Of a stretch of 10,659 bases of DNA, positions 6,934 to 10,659 are shown piece by piece. The notes beneath the pieces are model-generated. The model made no database searches, was not told where the DNA came from, and saw nothing but the letters and a program-made list of their open reading frames with translations. A program made the translations under genes and the position numbers. This DNA comes from Candidatus Zixiibacteriota bacterium (GTDB lineage: Bacteria > Zixibacteria > MSB-5A5 > CAIYYT01), in NCBI GenBank assembly GCA_040235515.1, contig JBECKX010000200.1, positions 1-10,659 on the forward strand. Direction: 5' to 3'. Position 1 is the stretch's first letter. Every line of letters starts with the position of its first letter.

Positions 6934-7116
6934 GAAAAAATACATTTGCTGTCCTAATTCGGCACCTGCCTCGAAGACCGGAGCGCGAGATAGGCCTGAA
7001 ACAGCAATCTCTAAGGGCCTGCCCGCGTGCTTCTCATACTCTGATCAGCTTCTGAAGCGGGCACGCTCCGTAGCTTGAAGCTTTCGGGCGCATTTTTTTC
7101 AGACACGAACAGAATC

Positions 7117-7150
7117 AAATATCGACCGTCGCGATCTAACCAGTGTATAA
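7117..7150 (+). promoter_or_regulatory. Bipartite motif AAATATCG-N19-TGTATAA, copy 1 (upstream of the TlpA-DUF4266-DUF3570 unit)
   Basis: The same two blocks with the same spacing recur at 9321-9354. Confidence 0.55.
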
Positions 7151-7230
7151 GTCTGAGTATTCGGGTGATGGTCAAAGCAGGAAGCCGTCTACCCGGTGCA
7201 ACCAACAGCACGCCTTTGAATGGGAGGAAA

Positions 7231-7734
7231 ATGTCTCACAGAATCTATTCGCTGGTGTTAACAGCGACTCTGCTTCTGATAGTCCTGGCTACCACCGGTT
7301 CTGCCTTCGCCGCGCCGCCGGAAACCTTAAAGGAACTGAGTGAAGCAGTTCCTGACTCAGTCAGTCTTGAGGGTCAGGTTGTGTATGTTGATTTCTGGGC
7401 GTCATGGTGCGTACCATGTCGAAGTTCATTTCCCTGGATGAAAACATTGTACGATAAGTATGAGAAGCAGGGTCTTGAAATCATCGCCGTGTGCGTAGAC
7501 AAAGACCATGAGGCAGCCGCCAGATTTCTGGCTGAGAATCCCGCTCCTTTTCCCGTAGTCTTCGATTCTACCGGTCACCTCGCCGAGTTGTATGAACTGG
7601 AAGCAATGCCGACTTCCTTTCTTTACAATCGCAGCGGCGAACTGGTATCTCAACACCGTGGTTTCAGGAAAGAGGAGTCCGATGACCTGGCAACTGGCAT
7701 CCTCGAACTACTTGCAAAGGAGAAACCTCAATGA
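7231..7734 (+). CDS. Exported TlpA/ResA-family thiol:disulfide oxidoreductase
   Basis: The real start is most likely ATG 7231 (GGGAGG SD at 7222-7227), giving 167 aa. Signal peptide ending SAFA; VVYVDFWASWCVPC active site; AMPTSFL cis-Pro loop. Confidence 0.93.
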   Translation: MSHRIYSLVLTATLLLIVLATTGSAFAAPPETLKELSEAVPDSVSLEGQVVYVDFWASWCVPCRSSFPWMKTLYDKYEKQGLEIIAVCVDKDHEAAARFLAENPAPFPVVFDSTGHLAELYELEAMPTSFLYNRSGELVSQHRGFRKEESDDLATGILELLAKEKPQ

Positions 7735-7964
7735 AGCGGTTCAAATGCTTAGCGCTTGCAGTCGGCATACTGGCATTGACCCAGCTGGTCTTCGGCTGTT
7801 CCGCCATCGGTGTACAGGTGTGGGAACGAGATATCTTATCGAAGCCTGAAATGCAGCCGGATAACAGAGCTGTCGATCAGGCGATCGATGACCACATTTA
7901 CTTCAGCAAGGAAGCATCAAGTGGTGGCCGCAGCTTTGGTGGGGGTGGGTGCGGGTGCAACTAG
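7731..7964 (+). CDS. DUF4266-family small lipoprotein
   Basis: 77 aa; ATGA overlap with the TlpA gene; lipobox VFGC; VQVWER..LSKPEM, DDHIYFSKEASSGG and terminal GGGGCGCN signature. Confidence 0.9.
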   Translation: MKRFKCLALAVGILALTQLVFGCSAIGVQVWERDILSKPEMQPDNRAVDQAIDDHIYFSKEASSGGRSFGGGGCGCN

Positions 7965-9253
7965 GCGGCAATTCACTTCTTCGCAAAAATCTGGCGGCAG
8001 CCACAGCTATCCTGCTCGGAAGCGGCGTGAGCCACGCTGCCGGTGACTATAAGTTGGACTCATCCTTGCTCCTGTACTCCGAAACTGACAGAGTTCAAGC
8101 AGCGGAATACGTTCTCGGCATCAGCCATTCCTTACCGGGTGACCGTATCCTGCATGGGAAGCTCACCTTCGATGCACTTACCGGACCATCCCCGAATGGC
8201 GCGCTGCCCTCTAATCGAGTCCAGACTTTTACTCGACCATCCGGTTCCGGCAGTTACACCGTGGAACCGGGTAAGACCCCCTTTGACGACACATTCCACG
8301 ATACCCGTTTCGCACTCGATGGCGGCTACACCATCCCGATCGATCATCTGACCAGTTTCGATTTCGGAGGACATCTCTCCGGCGAACACGACTATACTTC
8401 GATCGGAGCCAGCCTCAGCCTCAGTCGTGATTTTAACAGGAAGAATACCAACCTGGCGCTCTCGACCGCCTTCTCGCATGACCTGGTCAATCCCGAGGGA
8501 GGCGCTCCCGATGCACTCTCCTCTATGCGGGAAGCTACCGGCGAAGGAGAGGATGGCGAATTCGACGGAGAGCGTGAAGGGGGTGGGAGTTCCGATAGCA
8601 AAGAAGTGCTCGACGTCGTGCTTGGTGTGACCCAGGTACTTGACCGGGTCACGCTCCTGCGGCTCAACTACTCATTCAACCGCTCCAGCGGGTACTTGAA
8701 CGATCCATACAAGATCATCAGCCTGGTCGAAGGGAGAGGTGGGACTTCGCCCGGCGAACCAGTCGATTACTTATATGAATCGCGTCCCGACAGTCGCACA
8801 AAACATGCGCTCTACGCCGAAGCGCGGCGGTACTTGAGCGGGCACACGCTCAGATTAGCGTATCGCTATTTCTGGGACAACTGGGGCATTGAGTCGCACA
8901 CCGTCGATTTCTGGTATCGTCTGCCGCTGCGGAATGGGCATGCCCTGCAGCCACACGTGCGTTGGTATCGACAGTCGGAAGCCGATTTCTATGCCTCATA
9001 TCTGGTCGACGGCGCTCCGCTGCCTGAGCACGCTTCGGCCGACTACCGCCTGGCACCATTTCATGCAATCACCTTGGGCCTGGAGTATCAGCTGCCTCTA
9101 CGCGATGAAGCAACTCTTAGAATCGGTGGCGAGTATTATGCGCAAACGGGAGATATCAGCCCGCCATCATCTCTGGGGCCACTGAGCCAATACGAGCTTT
9201 TCCCTAAGTTGAAGGCAATCATGGTGCGAGCCGGTGTAAGCTACGCATTCTAA
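7955..9253 (+). CDS. DUF3570-family outer-membrane beta-barrel protein
   Basis: The start overlaps the DUF4266 CGCN-stop (GTG 7955 'MQL', or GTG 7949). Motifs DALTGPSPNGA, SGEHDYTS, GYLNDPYK, ESRPDSR, YRYFWDNWGIESHT, RWYRQSEADFY, SADYRL; C-terminal barrel signal GVSYAF. Confidence 0.88.
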   Translation: MQLGGNSLLRKNLAAATAILLGSGVSHAAGDYKLDSSLLLYSETDRVQAAEYVLGISHSLPGDRILHGKLTFDALTGPSPNGALPSNRVQTFTRPSGSGSYTVEPGKTPFDDTFHDTRFALDGGYTIPIDHLTSFDFGGHLSGEHDYTSIGASLSLSRDFNRKNTNLALSTAFSHDLVNPEGGAPDALSSMREATGEGEDGEFDGEREGGGSSDSKEVLDVVLGVTQVLDRVTLLRLNYSFNRSSGYLNDPYKIISLVEGRGGTSPGEPVDYLYESRPDSRTKHALYAEARRYLSGHTLRLAYRYFWDNWGIESHTVDFWYRLPLRNGHALQPHVRWYRQSEADFYASYLVDGAPLPEHASADYRLAPFHAITLGLEYQLPLRDEATLRIGGEYYAQTGDISPPSSLGPLSQYELFPKLKAIMVRAGVSYAF

Positions 9254-9320
9254 GCCGCGTATGCTTGCAGCGCGCGTCCGGATAGTGCGCATCTACCGAA
9301 GCGAAGTTCGTTTCGCTCTA

Positions 9321-9354
9321 AAATATCGGTGGCTCGCTGTCGATCTTTGTATAA
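9321..9354 (+). promoter_or_regulatory. Bipartite motif AAATATCG-N19-TGTATAA, copy 2 (upstream of the heme-b membrane protein/cytochrome c unit)
   Basis: Same blocks and spacing as 7117-7150. Confidence 0.55.
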
Positions 9355-9387
9355 AACCTGGCATTAAGTACAAGGATAAGCATTACA

Positions 9388-10311
9388 TTGGTTGAGACAG
9401 TGACCACAACCGCCAACAATTCCGCTTCGGCTCCCTCAGTTGAGCGCAATGCGATCAACTGGTTCCGCACTATTCTGGTAGTGTTGGCGCTGGGGGCATT
9501 CCTGTACTTGCTGCTCGATGGACTAGACTACTACCGCACACCCTATCTTGAGCGGCCTCATCACGCCGACTATCGCGATCTGCGCCCCGCCGGAAACTGG
9601 GGATTGGCCTACGGCTATATCGGTGCGGCAATGATGATTCTGATGCTCACTTATTCTCTGCGCAAACGCACCAAGCTGTTGGGGAAACTCTTCTCCCTGC
9701 GCACCTGGCTCGATTTGCATATCTTTCTCGGAATATTTGGACCACTCCTGATACTGCTGCACACTTCTTTTAAGGTACAGGGATTGGTAGCCGTGGCCTT
9801 CTGGTCGATGGTTGCGGTGGCGCTGAGCGGCTATCTGGGCCGCTACCTCTACATTCAGATCCCACGCAACATTGAAGGAAACGAGCTTACTCTCTCTGAG
9901 ATCGAAGAGAGCCGCAGTGACCTGAGCCAGCGACTTCAGTTGCTGGGACTGTCCGAGAATGACCTGGCCGCCATCGAGCGCCTCACACTTCCCGATAAGT
10001 CTGAGCGGAAAGGAGCCTTTCGAATGCTGCTCGGAATGATAGCGGCTGACCTTAGCCGTCCCTTGCTCGTCCGCCGGATCGAACGGCACCTCCGCGCGCA
10101 GTCCGGAATCTCCCTCGGAGAGTACCGTCCCACGGCAATACTCGCAGTGCGCTCGGCTGTCTTGCGTAGACGCGTTTTGGTGCTTGAGAAAGTTCAAGAA
10201 CTTTTTCACTATTGGCATGTAATTCACAAGCCGTTTGCGATCATCATGTACCTGATCATGATCGTTCATATCGGCATCGCGATCTGGACCGGCTACACCT
10301 GGATATTCTAA
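9388..10311 (+). CDS. Integral membrane protein, putative di-heme cytochrome b (ferric-reductase-like TM) partner of a multiheme cytochrome c
   Basis: 307 aa (start TTG 9388 or GTG 9400); about 5 TM segments. Two TM helices have H-x13-H (HIFLGIFGPLLILLH; HKPFAIIMYLIMIVH). Other motifs: YSLRKR, SGYLGRYLY, WHVIHKP. Confidence 0.8.
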   Translation: MVETVTTTANNSASAPSVERNAINWFRTILVVLALGAFLYLLLDGLDYYRTPYLERPHHADYRDLRPAGNWGLAYGYIGAAMMILMLTYSLRKRTKLLGKLFSLRTWLDLHIFLGIFGPLLILLHTSFKVQGLVAVAFWSMVAVALSGYLGRYLYIQIPRNIEGNELTLSEIEESRSDLSQRLQLLGLSENDLAAIERLTLPDKSERKGAFRMLLGMIAADLSRPLLVRRIERHLRAQSGISLGEYRPTAILAVRSAVLRRRVLVLEKVQELFHYWHVIHKPFAIIMYLIMIVHIGIAIWTGYTWIF

Positions 10312-10391
10312 CGCAGCCCGATCGATCCGAACCCTGAGGAGCTATCTGGCCGAGGCTCCCTCTTGCTCACATTCTGCCATGGAACTTTGTT

Positions 10392-10659
10392 ATGGGTAGA
10401 TTGGCAGTTCTGACTGCATTACCTTGGACCCGCCGTCTTCAACTCCGCACCCTGCTGGTGCTCCTCTTCGCTTCAGCTCCAGCTTGTGCGCAGTTGTCCC
10501 CCGGTGAACTCAGCTCACCACACAAGTCCCTTGAAGGACTCGAAAACTGCAAACAGTGCCATGGCACCGATCGCAAAGAGATCGGCAACAACTGCCTGAA
10601 CTGTCACGGGTTCATCAAGGCCGAACTGGAGCAGAGGCTCGGTTTCCACGGCAGACAGG
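10392..10659 (+). CDS. Multiheme cytochrome c (5' part; runs off the window)
   Basis: Not in the ORF track. ATG 10392: MGRLAVLTALPWTRRLQLRTLLVLLFASAPACAQLSPGELSSPHKSLEGLENCKQCHGTDRKEIGNNCLNCHGFIKAELEQRLGFHGRQ... It has a signal peptide, the SPGELSxxH motif and two CxxCH sites (CKQCH, CLNCH). Confidence 0.92.
   Translation, partial: MGRLAVLTALPWTRRLQLRTLLVLLFASAPACAQLSPGELSSPHKSLEGLENCKQCHGTDRKEIGNNCLNCHGFIKAELEQRLGFHGRQ

Noticed and set aside
7162..7195. Fluoride riboswitch (GGTGATGG) or SRP RNA (GCAGGAAG-like loop)
   Set aside because: The remaining consensus elements of both families are missing, and the downstream genes do not fit a fluoride riboswitch.
7075..7230. N-terminal extension of TlpA given by the ORF track (219 aa)
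   Set aside because: A strong SD and signal peptide at ATG 7231 indicate the true start; the extension covers promoter-like DNA.
9523..10269. 248-aa minus-strand ORF
   Set aside because: It is antisense to the membrane cytochrome b-like gene, which has the convincing motifs and operon context.
1..10659. CRISPR array, tRNA/rRNA, IS or integrase, prophage
   Set aside because: I saw no spaced identical repeats, RNA-gene signatures or transposase/integrase motifs. The fibre genes have Sec signal peptides and no phage neighbours.

Overview
Bacterial window (GC roughly mid-50s %; gene content resembles Zixibacteria/FCB-type genomes, which is inference only). The left part (1-6076) is a divergon. 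A 1116-aa MalT-like STAND ATPase-TPR regulator with a C-terminal SARP (wHTH+BTAD) module faces away from a minus-strand unit. That unit holds an unannotated 57-aa small ORF and two tandem paralogous secreted trimeric-fibre (YadA-head-like) proteins; the second is truncated by the window edge and is absent from the ORF track. Its promoter has a perfect 9-bp direct repeat with 11-bp period, 8 bp from a -10 box (SARP/AfsR geometry). The complete fibre protein ends in a two-repeat domain resembling the animal collagen IV / spongin short-chain collagen NC1 (C4) domain, the most striking observation here. The middle holds a stand-alone FprA/ODP-like metallo-beta-lactamase-fold protein. The right part is an envelope redox cluster: TlpA thioredoxin, DUF4266 lipoprotein, DUF3570 beta-barrel, a di-heme-b-like membrane protein and the 5' end of a multiheme cytochrome c. 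Both of its apparent transcription units are preceded by the same bipartite motif AAATATCG-N19-TGTATAA. All family assignments come from motif recognition by eye; no searches were run.
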